This document shows positions 8,923-16,390 of a stretch of 45,792 nucleotides of DNA, in pieces. Under the pieces are notes generated by a model. The model saw only the letters and a list, made by a program, of their open reading frames with translations, ran no database searches and was not told the origin of the DNA. A program made the position numbers and the translations under genes. The first letter of the stretch is position 1. Every line of letters starts with the position of its first letter. The DNA is taken from IMG/VR virus record IMGVR_UViG_3300037423_000471, positions 1 to 45,792 of that record. One strand, 5' to 3'. The DNA is from a virus. Lineage: Duplodnaviria; Caudoviricetes.

Positions 8923-11151
8923 CTATACGGTCATATTTACAATCAATGGGTTTAACCTTGTTTCGCCTACACGGAATATGCATATTGCATGACGTTGTTT
9001 TAGCTTCAAAGCTTCGTCAACGGTGAAAGGTGAGATTTGCTTTTTTAGCGAATTATAAGTTTCTTCCGACGAATTAAACAGTACATAATGCGGCCCCGCA
9101 TCCTTGATAATCTGCAATAACTTAGAATCGCCGCTGTTGAGTTGATCGAACGAATGAAAGAGCCAATAAAACGCGATTCGGTAAGCTCTAGATTCAACGG
9201 CGAGTTTCTTCCAAATGTCCGCGCTTCTTAGGTATCTGTGAGGCTCGTCGTAGAACACTGCGACAGGGAACATGTTATTTTCTTCTCTCAGGCTCATAGC
9301 TATGTCGAGTTTGAACGTCAAAAGATTTATGATTATGTCCTTTGCTTCTCTGCTGTTGAGTCGATCCGGTATATCAATAACCGTACACATGCCGCGCTTG
9401 TTGATTATATCCAGCATGTCAATTCCTTCCGTGGTATCCATACATGAGGCTAGGTAAGAATCATCCAAAATGATTGATAAACGGTTATAAATTGGACTTA
9501 ATATTTGCCGTTGCCTATCCTCCTTTTCCTTATCAAACTGCTGCAATGTTGATTTTGGCATTCCTTCGGGCATACTTTTAATAATTTCAGTTCGGTATGT
9601 CTTATCCTCGAATATTTTCATGATTTCGGCTATCCGTCCGGTCCTCATCCCATGTACAGCCGCTTTGAGAAAACGTGCTGTCTGTGCTCCTGCTTGGTCT
9701 GTGTTATCAGCTAGGAAATGCATGATAATCTGTGCTAGTCGGTTCCTTGCGCTGTGAGAATGAAGCACTTCTCGAAAGTCCAACCCAAGCAGAACTTCAC
9801 CAATTAAAAACCGTTGCCGCTTTTCAGGTGGGAGCATATCGGGGATGTACTTGTTCCAAACCTCCGACTTTTTAGGATCAATCAGAATAGCCGAAAATCC
9901 CTGTTCAACGAATTTTGCTGCTCGGTATGATGCAAAGAAAGTTTTTCCGGCATTCATACCACCGATAACACAAGTGGGAAGCGATAAAACATCGTGGTCA
10001 TTCGTTGGGAATGTTAAGTGTTTTTTGATTCGCTTGTATTCTACTGAGCCTGTGGGGATGCCTCCCTTCGTGAGTATTGCCGGGACTTCAATTTGACGCT
10101 CATCCATGCAATCAATCTGTTCATAGCGTTCCTGTAGGTACGCGCTTGGTAGTTCTGCCAGCCTACCCAATTCGTCATTGCTCATCTTGTTAGCGTCCCA
10201 GTTATAGCGGGTTAGCCATGATAAGCGGTGTGTGTTGAGTTCCTTCATGATGTGGGGTTTTAGCTTGTTGTGGTAGTCGTGCCGCTCTAGCTCGTTTTCG
10301 GCTGTGAGGTCATTGAACGAGTTCGCAACCGTCCGCATTATGATGCGTTGTCGTGTGGGGTCTGTGGAGTGTGCTGCTATGCGGATATGGCTATTGAAAA
10401 CGGGAAGTTTCGCTTTGTCTACGGTTCCTTTGCTCGGCCCTCCGTCTATCATCATCATACGTTTGTCATCGTCTGCGGTTGCTTTTGTTTTGTTGTCCGG
10501 TTCGCCTATAACCGTGTAAACCGTATCTAGAGCCTGTTGCAAAAGATTCGTGACTAACTCGCCAACACCTATAAAAACATCCTTCGTGCTTATCCGCTTC
10601 CGCTTTGGGGTTCTCCCTTTCCTAAACTCTTGATGTAACTTTTCCGCGTGGTCTTGCCAATCTAGGCGGCTTGTAGGCTCTGCACATATGCTGTACCGCG
10701 CTATGTCTCCATCTTCCAAGTCAGCTACAACCGAAAGGATGCTGTTAAGCGGCTCATGCTCTGTGCGCCTATCCGTCTTAATGGCGAACATGTCAGAGCG
10801 TCGATACTTCAACTCGCATACGTCTGAGGTCATCGGCATGATGGTTGGGAAAGCTGGGGAGAGTAGTTGCTGAATACTCGCCCCTTCCCACGTTTGAGCC
10901 ATCAACGAGACAACTTCCCGCTTCCATTCTTCGGGGAACGTTGCATAGAACCGGATCGAATCACGATCAATCATAACGTCCCACCAAAAATAGCCGGACA
11001 CCTTACCGCGTAACTTATCCACAGGACTTGTGTAAAATGTGGACAACGCTCGGAACATGTCGTGCACCTTCTTATTGTCCGTTGCCCGATCCGGTGTTAT
11101 CTGATATTGCACCATTTGAACTTGTTTTCCGTTCAGCAACTTAAAACGCAT
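8923..11151 (-). CDS. VirD4/VirB4/HerA-FtsK superfamily P-loop ATPase, 742 aa
   Basis: Walker A GGMNAGKT, IDPK, Walker B VAVFYDEPH, ESRAY...FHSFDQL; large N-terminal domain without clear TM. Confidence 0.85.
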   Translation of the reverse strand: MRFKLLNGKQVQMVQYQITPDRATDNKKVHDMFRALSTFYTSPVDKLRGKVSGYFWWDVMIDRDSIRFYATFPEEWKREVVSLMAQTWEGASIQQLLSPAFPTIMPMTSDVCELKYRRSDMFAIKTDRRTEHEPLNSILSVVADLEDGDIARYSICAEPTSRLDWQDHAEKLHQEFRKGRTPKRKRISTKDVFIGVGELVTNLLQQALDTVYTVIGEPDNKTKATADDDKRMMMIDGGPSKGTVDKAKLPVFNSHIRIAAHSTDPTRQRIIMRTVANSFNDLTAENELERHDYHNKLKPHIMKELNTHRLSWLTRYNWDANKMSNDELGRLAELPSAYLQERYEQIDCMDERQIEVPAILTKGGIPTGSVEYKRIKKHLTFPTNDHDVLSLPTCVIGGMNAGKTFFASYRAAKFVEQGFSAILIDPKKSEVWNKYIPDMLPPEKRQRFLIGEVLLGLDFREVLHSHSARNRLAQIIMHFLADNTDQAGAQTARFLKAAVHGMRTGRIAEIMKIFEDKTYRTEIIKSMPEGMPKSTLQQFDKEKEDRQRQILSPIYNRLSIILDDSYLASCMDTTEGIDMLDIINKRGMCTVIDIPDRLNSREAKDIIINLLTFKLDIAMSLREENNMFPVAVFYDEPHRYLRSADIWKKLAVESRAYRIAFYWLFHSFDQLNSGDSKLLQIIKDAGPHYVLFNSSEETYNSLKKQISPFTVDEALKLKQRHAICIFRVGETRLNPLIVNMTV

Positions 11152-11233
11152 ATGACACCATCCATTCCCCTTCGTAGTTGACTACAAAATATTGATATGC
11201 GCCAACCCTTACATAAATCCATTCATACAGCAT
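11141..11233 (-). CDS. 30-aa aromatic-rich micro-protein (MLYEWIYVRVGAYQYFVVNYEGEWMVSYAF), not in ORF track
   Basis: AAGGGTG RBS 7 nt upstream; overlaps stop of upstream gene and start of ATPase. Confidence 0.5.
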   Translation of the reverse strand: MLYEWIYVRVGAYQYFVVNYEGEWMVSYAF

Positions 11234-11513
11234 GATAAGCCACCCTTACCAACACAAAGCCAACAAACGATTTTATACCGCGTTCCATCCACCTATCACG
11301 GCCCGTTATCGCCATTAAGATACAGAACATCGACCAAACCAATAAACCCTCGGACAGCATAGGTAAACCGATGTGTTGCACCCAATAGATGCCCTTATTG
11401 ATTAGTGCCATCGTTACGGCTTCTGTCGCCTTCTCTGTACCCTTTTCAATTAACTCTGGTATCAATGCACCATCCGAGGGAGCAAGCCCATTAGCGGTCA
11501 TTACAAAGCGCAT
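11223..11513 (-). CDS. Membrane protein with two-TM hairpin (pilin-like)
   Basis: Hydrophobic segments flanking TGRDRWMERG loop; GGGGT RBS. Confidence 0.75.
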   Translation of the reverse strand: MRFVMTANGLAPSDGALIPELIEKGTEKATEAVTMALINKGIYWVQHIGLPMLSEGLLVWSMFCILMAITGRDRWMERGIKSFVGFVLVRVAYHAV

Positions 11514-11525
11514 GCGCCATACCCC

Positions 11526-11996
11526 CTAATTAGCGGTTGCCGTGACAATATCCACAATCCACGGAACCCATACGAGCAGGATATAAGCAATCGTGCTGGC
11601 TTTCATCCGTTGAATCCCCTGTTGAAACTTACCGATCAACGCTTCTACGCCACCCCATAACATCATGATTGCATAGATTTCATGCCCGAATGCCTTAATG
11701 ATTTCGCGTATAGGTTCAGTTGCCGTTCGGAGTCTTGCCGCAAAATCTCCCGCGTTTGCCGCTTGTTGTGCCATTACAGGAACCGCATCATGAGCCGATG
11801 TAAAGTCCATAGAAGCCGCCAGAGCCGGATCAACATGGAATGCGAAGGTTACGCCAGCCAATACCGCTGCGGAAGCGTACAGTGCTTTCTTAATGCGTCT
11901 AACGGTGTCTTGGTTTTTGACGGTGAATGTGATTTTAACGGGTTCTTGCTTCTGCTTGAAATATCCCCAAGGTAAAACCTCTACTTTTTGAGCCAT
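11526..11996 (-). CDS. TrbC/VirB2 pilin-like membrane protein (MAQKVE start)
   Basis: Signal-like segment ending PALA-A, then amphipathic helix and two TMs joined by GKFQQGIQRMK, as in VirB2-type pilins; AAGGGTG RBS. Confidence 0.65.
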   Translation of the reverse strand: MAQKVEVLPWGYFKQKQEPVKITFTVKNQDTVRRIKKALYASAAVLAGVTFAFHVDPALAASMDFTSAHDAVPVMAQQAANAGDFAARLRTATEPIREIIKAFGHEIYAIMMLWGGVEALIGKFQQGIQRMKASTIAYILLVWVPWIVDIVTATAN

Positions 11997-12122
11997 CGAT
12001 AAACACCCTTTCCCACTTTTATGATTGAACACGTAGCAAAAGCGAAAGCACCCAATAAAAACAAGGTTGAAATCAGAATAATCGCCGCCTTTCGTGGCAA
12101 CACTAAATCTCGGAGGTGAAAA

Positions 12123-12467
12123 TCACCATGTGCGCTTGGCTTGCTCTCGGTTGCGTTGTTGCATACTGCTATTTTTATGATTTGGGGCTATAAATGCTGT
12201 ACCTAAACCTTGATTCCCTATTACCGAGTTTACTTTTGGGGCTTGCTGTGGTTCTGTGCGCTGAACGTCAGCGGAATTGATTGGAACATCTACCACTTGA
12301 ACTCGCTTAGTCGTGCGGATACCGAGCATGAGCCTGAGTCCGTCTCTAGCCATATTCGCTAGTTGTTCGCCATTCATACCGTCGATAGCTGCTTTCAAGT
12401 CTGCATCTACTTCCCGGAGCCGGAATTGGAAAAATGTCCGTTCTTTCTGTGCTGCTTTCCGTTTCAA
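12123..12467 (-). CDS. Ribbon-helix-helix-like DNA-binding protein
   Basis: FFQFRL strand followed by two helices (DADLKAAID, LANMARDGLRLML); GGAGGTG RBS, TTG start. Confidence 0.6.
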   Translation of the reverse strand: MKRKAAQKERTFFQFRLREVDADLKAAIDGMNGEQLANMARDGLRLMLGIRTTKRVQVVDVPINSADVQRTEPQQAPKVNSVIGNQGLGTAFIAPNHKNSSMQQRNREQAKRTW

Positions 12468-12515
12468 GGTGTATCACCTCCCGAATGTCTGTTGTTATCT
12501 TGTTGATTACAATAC

Positions 12516-12544
12516 ATCCTATGGGCGAATACCTAAAATGATGC
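12516..12544 (-). promoter_or_regulatory. sigmaE-like (mother-cell sporulation) promoter P1
   Basis: GCATCAT-14-CATAGGAT versus consensus (G/T)CATAnT-14-CATAcanT. Confidence 0.65.
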
Positions 12545-12572
12545 ACGTACAAATAAAAAAGAGGTGAAAAAT

Positions 12573-12824
12573 ATGCAAAGGCTTGTCATTGGTCTAATCA
12601 TCGGTTTTGTGGTCGGTAACTATCCGCTAACTATGGGCATGGAAGGCTTCGTATTAGCCGCGTGTAGCCTCTTAACAGGTTTGGTGCTGTCTAACTATTA
12701 CCGGAAGGTTAAAGCGGCTGTACGGGGCTTTGTGTTCGTTAGATGGGGAGGTTATGAACTTAGGAAGGTGCAACCACATGAGGATAAGGTTGAGGTGTTG
12801 GAGCATCGGAGGAAAGCGAAGTAA
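12573..12824 (+). CDS. Small two-TM membrane protein (MQRLVIG start)
   Basis: GAGGTG RBS; two hydrophobic helices and basic tail. Confidence 0.6.
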   Translation: MQRLVIGLIIGFVVGNYPLTMGMEGFVLAACSLLTGLVLSNYYRKVKAAVRGFVFVRWGGYELRKVQPHEDKVEVLEHRRKAK

Positions 12825-12914
12825 TCACGATGGATTACATTAAGTATGTCGGTTTGTCGTCCTTTCGCTACGGCTAAAGCCTTTGAAAGCGAAAGGCTAT
12901 GCTACCATGATTCC

Positions 12915-12942
12915 ATTGTATGTGTGTGAGCGTGAATGATGC
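12915..12942 (-). promoter_or_regulatory. sigmaE-like promoter P2
   Basis: GCATCAT-13-CATACAAT; shares 22/24 bp of upstream/-35 sequence with P1. Confidence 0.6.
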
Positions 12943-12952
12943 GTGTACAAAT

Positions 12953-12982
12953 AAAAAACCTCCCGCGCGGGGAGGTCTATTT
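12953..12982. terminator. Intrinsic terminator (probably bidirectional)
   Basis: AAAAAACCTCCC-gcgcg-GGGAGGT. Confidence 0.8.
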
Positions 12983-13174
12983 GTTTTCTATGGCAAACAT
13001 TCGCTTTTCACAATCACAACAATATGCGTATTTTCCTTCATCGTGTCTCAGATAAGAATACATTTCCGCATTATCTCCGGTTGTTCCGTCTGCGTTAAAA
13101 TAAGTTCTTATTGATCCACAAACCCACCCTTTAGTAAAATACCCACTAGCAGAACCGCAGTGTTGACAAGTCAC
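12977..13174 (-). CDS. Small zinc-ribbon protein
   Basis: CQHC...CCDC; GGAGGTGAGG RBS. Confidence 0.75.
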   Translation of the reverse strand: MTCQHCGSASGYFTKGWVCGSIRTYFNADGTTGDNAEMYSYLRHDEGKYAYCCDCEKRMFAIENK

Positions 13175-13344
13175 TCAGCCTCACCTCCTGAAATTATCTT
13201 CAACGCATCCAATAATTGCAGTGTCGTCAGCTTCGACCAATCGAACCGCTGTAAATACTCAATAGCTCCGTCTCGTACCACCGCGTCCCGTTCGCGCTTC
13301 GCCAGTTCCTGCTGAATGAAAATGTCAAGGCGTGTCGTTTGCAT
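13171..13344 (-). CDS. Hypothetical protein, 57 aa (MQTTRLDIFIQQ...), not in ORF track
   Basis: Fills gap, GTGA overlap with downstream gene. Confidence 0.6.
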   Translation of the reverse strand: MQTTRLDIFIQQELAKRERDAVVRDGAIEYLQRFDWSKLTTLQLLDALKIISGGEAE

Positions 13345-13558
13345 TGGTTTTCACATCCCAACTTTGATAAGGTATATAGATTTTTTCATCAGTTACAATG
13401 ACCGTATCTTTTAACATTTCTTTCAACTTAACGCTCCATTCATCCGCGCACGAATCGCACTCACCCATATTTTTAGCCTTTCCAGCAGCGGTTAAACGGG
13501 AACCAAACACTTTCTTACTTATACGGCAATTGCATATTTCACACCTGAGTACCATCAT
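13325..13558 (-). CDS. Small zinc-ribbon protein (MMVLRC start)
   Basis: CEIC...CDSC; GGAGG RBS. Confidence 0.65.
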   Translation of the reverse strand: MMVLRCEICNCRISKKVFGSRLTAAGKAKNMGECDSCADEWSVKLKEMLKDTVIVTDEKIYIPYQSWDVKTNANDTP

Positions 13559-13835
13559 TCTTCCTCCATCTGCCGCTATTCGGCTTTTTGGTGCGTGTAG
13601 CGTTCCAATCATCAATATCCGCTTCGAGCCATAACTCCGTTTCTCCTACGCTTATGAGTGGATCGGGAAAGCCTTTAGCCTTGCGCGTTGCAAAGAAGTT
13701 CTTATGGTCTATGCCAAGTTTGACGGAAATGAGTTTAGAGTTAACGAGGGGATAGTCCGTCATGAGTCTGAGCAATCGCCGTTTAGCGACCGTTTGCCTT
13801 GAAGTCAGAGTGTCCGCGTTCATCGGTCTGTTCAT
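13539..13835 (-). CDS. AlpA-like HTH DNA-binding protein
   Basis: KGFPDPL...LWLEADIDDW; GGAGGA RBS. Confidence 0.7.
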   Translation of the reverse strand: MNRPMNADTLTSRQTVAKRRLLRLMTDYPLVNSKLISVKLGIDHKNFFATRKAKGFPDPLISVGETELWLEADIDDWNATRTKKPNSGRWRKNDGTQV

Positions 13836-13935
13836 CCTCCATCTTGTGAGTTAAGCCGCAGTAGATAAAAGCGAAGGCGGCTAATGCCAACATGAGCCAT
13901 ATAAACCAGTCGAAAGGGTCTGATGTGTAGTGCAT
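13783..13935 (-). CDS. Small single-TM protein (MHYTSD start)
   Basis: WFIWLMLALAAFAFIYCGL; GAGGT RBS. Confidence 0.6.
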   Translation of the reverse strand: MHYTSDPFDWFIWLMLALAAFAFIYCGLTHKMEDEQTDERGHSDFKANGR

Positions 13936-13948
13936 CGGGGTTAACCTC

Positions 13949-14287
13949 CTATTGTTTGGACATTTCCTCAATTTCTTCAATGGTGAATGTGATGCCCCAT
14001 TCTCTCAAACGCTTCATTTCTTTTTTGGCGTTTTCCCTTGCTTTGTTCACGAAAAACGAACCCTCGTTTTTACCCTCCCACTTTTTAACGGTTTTATAAT
14101 GATGGACTATTTCTCTCTTGGTGTCTTCGATATTTTGCAAGTGTGCCTTTTCAGCAAGTATTGCATTGTGCTTGTTGAAATCTTCAACCGAACCAAAACC
14201 GCTGCAAGTAAAGCATTTGCCGTGCTGCACATGATCGTAGCCTTTTCTATACCCTTTTCCTTTGCACGTTCCGCAAGGCTTACCCAT
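13949..14287 (-). CDS. Early protein with DnaJ-type CxxCxGxG zinc finger (MGKPC start)
   Basis: CGTCKGKG...CFTCSGFG; AAGGAG RBS. Confidence 0.8.
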   Translation of the reverse strand: MGKPCGTCKGKGYRKGYDHVQHGKCFTCSGFGSVEDFNKHNAILAEKAHLQNIEDTKREIVHHYKTVKKWEGKNEGSFFVNKARENAKKEMKRLREWGITFTIEEIEEMSKQ

Positions 14288-14425
14288 GTTACAACACACT
14301 CCTTTACTTTGGTTTGTAAGTTAATTCGGGTTAAAGAGACAGGCGGCGGTACTATCATGCCCTATTTCATGCCGTATGGACTCCCGTTGCTCCCCTGCTC
14401 ACCATCCGAACTAACTTACATCTTT

Positions 14426-14454
14426 ATTATAGGCGAATGACTAAAATAATACAA
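14426..14454 (-). promoter_or_regulatory. sigmaA-type early promoter
   Basis: TTGTAT-17-TATAAT. Confidence 0.75.
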
Positions 14455-14495
14455 GAGGGAAATTAGGGTTTTTCATAATTTATTTTTAGGCATAG

Positions 14496-14560
14496 AAAAA
14501 AGCCCTATGCACAAGGCACAGGGCTAAAGGTGTACACGAATGTACATAGGAGGTAACGCA
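14496..14560 (-). ncRNA. Putative ~65-nt sRNA with anti-SD motif, sharing the lysis-operon terminator
   Basis: Extended -10 TGATACAAT (14566-14574), then TTACCTCCT, TGTACA-TTCG-TGTACA hairpin and terminator AGCCCTGTGC-cttgt-GCATAGGGCTTTTTT. Confidence 0.45.
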
Positions 14561-14580
14561 ACTATATTGTATCACACGTA

Positions 14581-14751
14581 TTAAGGTTTATCCGTACTCT
14601 TAGCGAAGTAGTAAGTTAAAACCATTAAGATGACATTTTCCGTGAAGTTCGCATCAAGCTTTCCGCTAATGGACATATAGAGGAAAACAAACACGACAGC
14701 GAATGTAGTAAGTTTCCGCGTCTCAATGAGTGCGGCGAGTTTATCTTTCAT
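14581..14751 (-). CDS. Probable holin, 56 aa (MKDKLAALIETRKLTTFAVVFVF...VLTYYFAKSTDKP), not in ORF track
   Basis: Two TM segments; ATGA-coupled to endolysin. Confidence 0.75.
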   Translation of the reverse strand: MKDKLAALIETRKLTTFAVVFVFLYMSISGKLDANFTENVILMVLTYYFAKSTDKP

Positions 14752-15350
14752 TCGGGTTCCTCCACTCCTGCGGCTTTACGTAGCTCCATAGCCAGCCAGT
14801 GGATATAGTCACACTGTGCGGTGTCTTTAGCCGCGAAAGCCTCGTCCCATGATGGTTTTAACCATGTGTTATAGATGGTTTGATACACACCCTTGTCTAG
14901 CACAGGTTCAACCTCCTTTACGTACAAATCGACTTCCGCTTGTCGCCTTCTAACAAGCCCCGTTAAAGTCTTGGCGCCAGCCTTGTTATAAAGCGGTAAC
15001 ACGTTCGGAACCTCGTCAATGCTGATACCTTCACAAAGTCCGCGTAAATTACCCGATCCGCAGTTATAGCAGAAGCTAACAAGCGCATCAAATTGATTTT
15101 GGTTAAGCTGCTCGGTAAATGGAACGAGTGCAGGATTATTAACGTGCGCCTCATATATCCCAAGGTCATTAGCCAGCATTTGCTCCGCTTGCTCTTGTGT
15201 TATAACCATTCCCTCGTAAACGTCCGACCCATAGTGACCATAGCCGATTGTGTAATAAGTTTCCGTTGGTACTGGCTTATATGCCGTTAGTCGGCAACCC
15301 TCGAATGAAGTTATAAGGTTGATTCCTGCTTGTGATATTCTTCGGGTCAC
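14748..15350 (-). CDS. Endolysin, GH24 phage lysozyme (GTG start VTRRIS)
   Basis: FEGCRLTAY...TIGYGH, NQNQFDALVSFCYNCG, GLVRRRQAE. Confidence 0.92.
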   Translation of the reverse strand: MTRRISQAGINLITSFEGCRLTAYKPVPTETYYTIGYGHYGSDVYEGMVITQEQAEQMLANDLGIYEAHVNNPALVPFTEQLNQNQFDALVSFCYNCGSGNLRGLCEGISIDEVPNVLPLYNKAGAKTLTGLVRRRQAEVDLYVKEVEPVLDKGVYQTIYNTWLKPSWDEAFAAKDTAQCDYIHWLAMELRKAAGVEEPE

Positions 15351-15619
15351 TTTACCAATCCACCTTTTACGATGAATGTCACCACAGCCGCGAGAATACC
15401 GCCTATTGCGGTCATGGCAATCCATGCATGTATCTTCTCGATTTTGTCCATACGATGGTGAGCGGACTTCACAGAAGCTTCAACGGTTGTCACACGCTTG
15501 TCTATCTCCGTTACCGAGTGCGTCAAATCCTTTATCGCATCAACCTTTGTACTGATTTCACGCAAATCTAAACGGACGTTCATAAGTTCCTTGGTTAGTT
15601 CCTTTATTTGCTCGTCCAC
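15347..15619 (-). CDS. XhlA-like lysis accessory/holin-like protein
   Basis: Coiled coil, SAHHRMD, C-terminal TM; upstream of lysin. Confidence 0.75.
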   Translation of the reverse strand: MDEQIKELTKELMNVRLDLREISTKVDAIKDLTHSVTEIDKRVTTVEASVKSAHHRMDKIEKIHAWIAMTAIGGILAAVVTFIVKGGLVK

Positions 15620-15654
15620 CGCTCCACGCCCTCTCCATGACCGCTAGGAACGGT

Positions 15655-15900
15655 TTACTTGGTCTTCCACGCTTCTGCTTCTGGTGTGCCGATGTAAGCA
15701 ACTGTCTCGTCATACTCGGTTTGTGTGATATAACCGTTATCGAGTGCGGCTTGAATCTGATCAGCAACAAGTAAGCCAGCAGCGCAAATTTTAATATCCG
15801 TGTGATAAGTTGCACTCGTTCCGGCAAATGTCCTCGAACCGTCAATATAAATCTGCATGGTGTAACTTCTAACCAATCTTTCGCGGGCTGTTAATGCCAT
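15655..15900 (-). CDS. XkdX-like small tail/lysis-region protein
   Basis: C-terminal ALDNGYITQTEYDE motif; position. Confidence 0.55.
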   Translation of the reverse strand: MALTARERLVRSYTMQIYIDGSRTFAGTSATYHTDIKICAAGLLVADQIQAALDNGYITQTEYDETVAYIGTPEAEAWKTK

Positions 15901-15922
15901 TTTCAACACTCTCCCTTTGTTA

Positions 15923-16375
15923 TTATTCGATGATTCCCTTTTCTATAAGAACCTCTAGGATGAATGAATTATCCTCTTGAAGTTGGGTGTCTCGTGTTCT
16001 TAACGCTACATTTTCCGCTTCTAACTGCACGATGCGAGCCTGTGCCACTTCTAACGCCGTAGGGGCGTTTACAGCGCTTATTTCCTCTGTGGTAAGCCCT
16101 TCTATCCATCTGCCATCTAAGAGGTCGTAAACGGGCTTGTACAAGTCCACAGGCACAACAGGAGCCTCTACGAGTTCACCGTCTACGATGAGGTACTTGT
16201 AATGGCTCGTTAGGCAATCTTCCCACTGTTCAGCGGTTATTTCGATTGTGTTTTCGGGGATGACGGTGTGAATATCATCCCTGTAGAATCCGCTTATTTC
16301 GCCGTTGTCAGCGTATGCCGCATATATCTTCGGCTCCGGTATTGGCGTTTCTTCGATTGGCAATTCCTCGTCCAT
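15923..16375 (-). CDS. Tail fibre assembly chaperone-like protein
   Basis: GFYRDDIH..IPENTIEITAEQW; C-terminal coiled coil; follows fibre. Confidence 0.65.
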   Translation of the reverse strand: MDEELPIEETPIPEPKIYAAYADNGEISGFYRDDIHTVIPENTIEITAEQWEDCLTSHYKYLIVDGELVEAPVVPVDLYKPVYDLLDGRWIEGLTTEEISAVNAPTALEVAQARIVQLEAENVALRTRDTQLQEDNSFILEVLIEKGIIE

Positions 16376-16390
16376 GTTAGTCCTCCTTTC

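Noticed and set aside
8923-12467. Complete conjugative T4SS or inserted ICE
   Set aside because: One ATPase only; no relaxase, VirB6/B8, cell-wall hydrolase or integrase; only ~4 kb.
12861-12905. c-di-GMP-I (GEMM) riboswitch
   Set aside because: Only a P2-like receptor arm; the GCAAA/GNRA P1 arm and GACGCAAA junction are missing.
14300-14420. Riboswitch in the ~130-nt early leader
   Set aside because: Some pairing potential (CAGG/CCTG) but no family consensus I can support.
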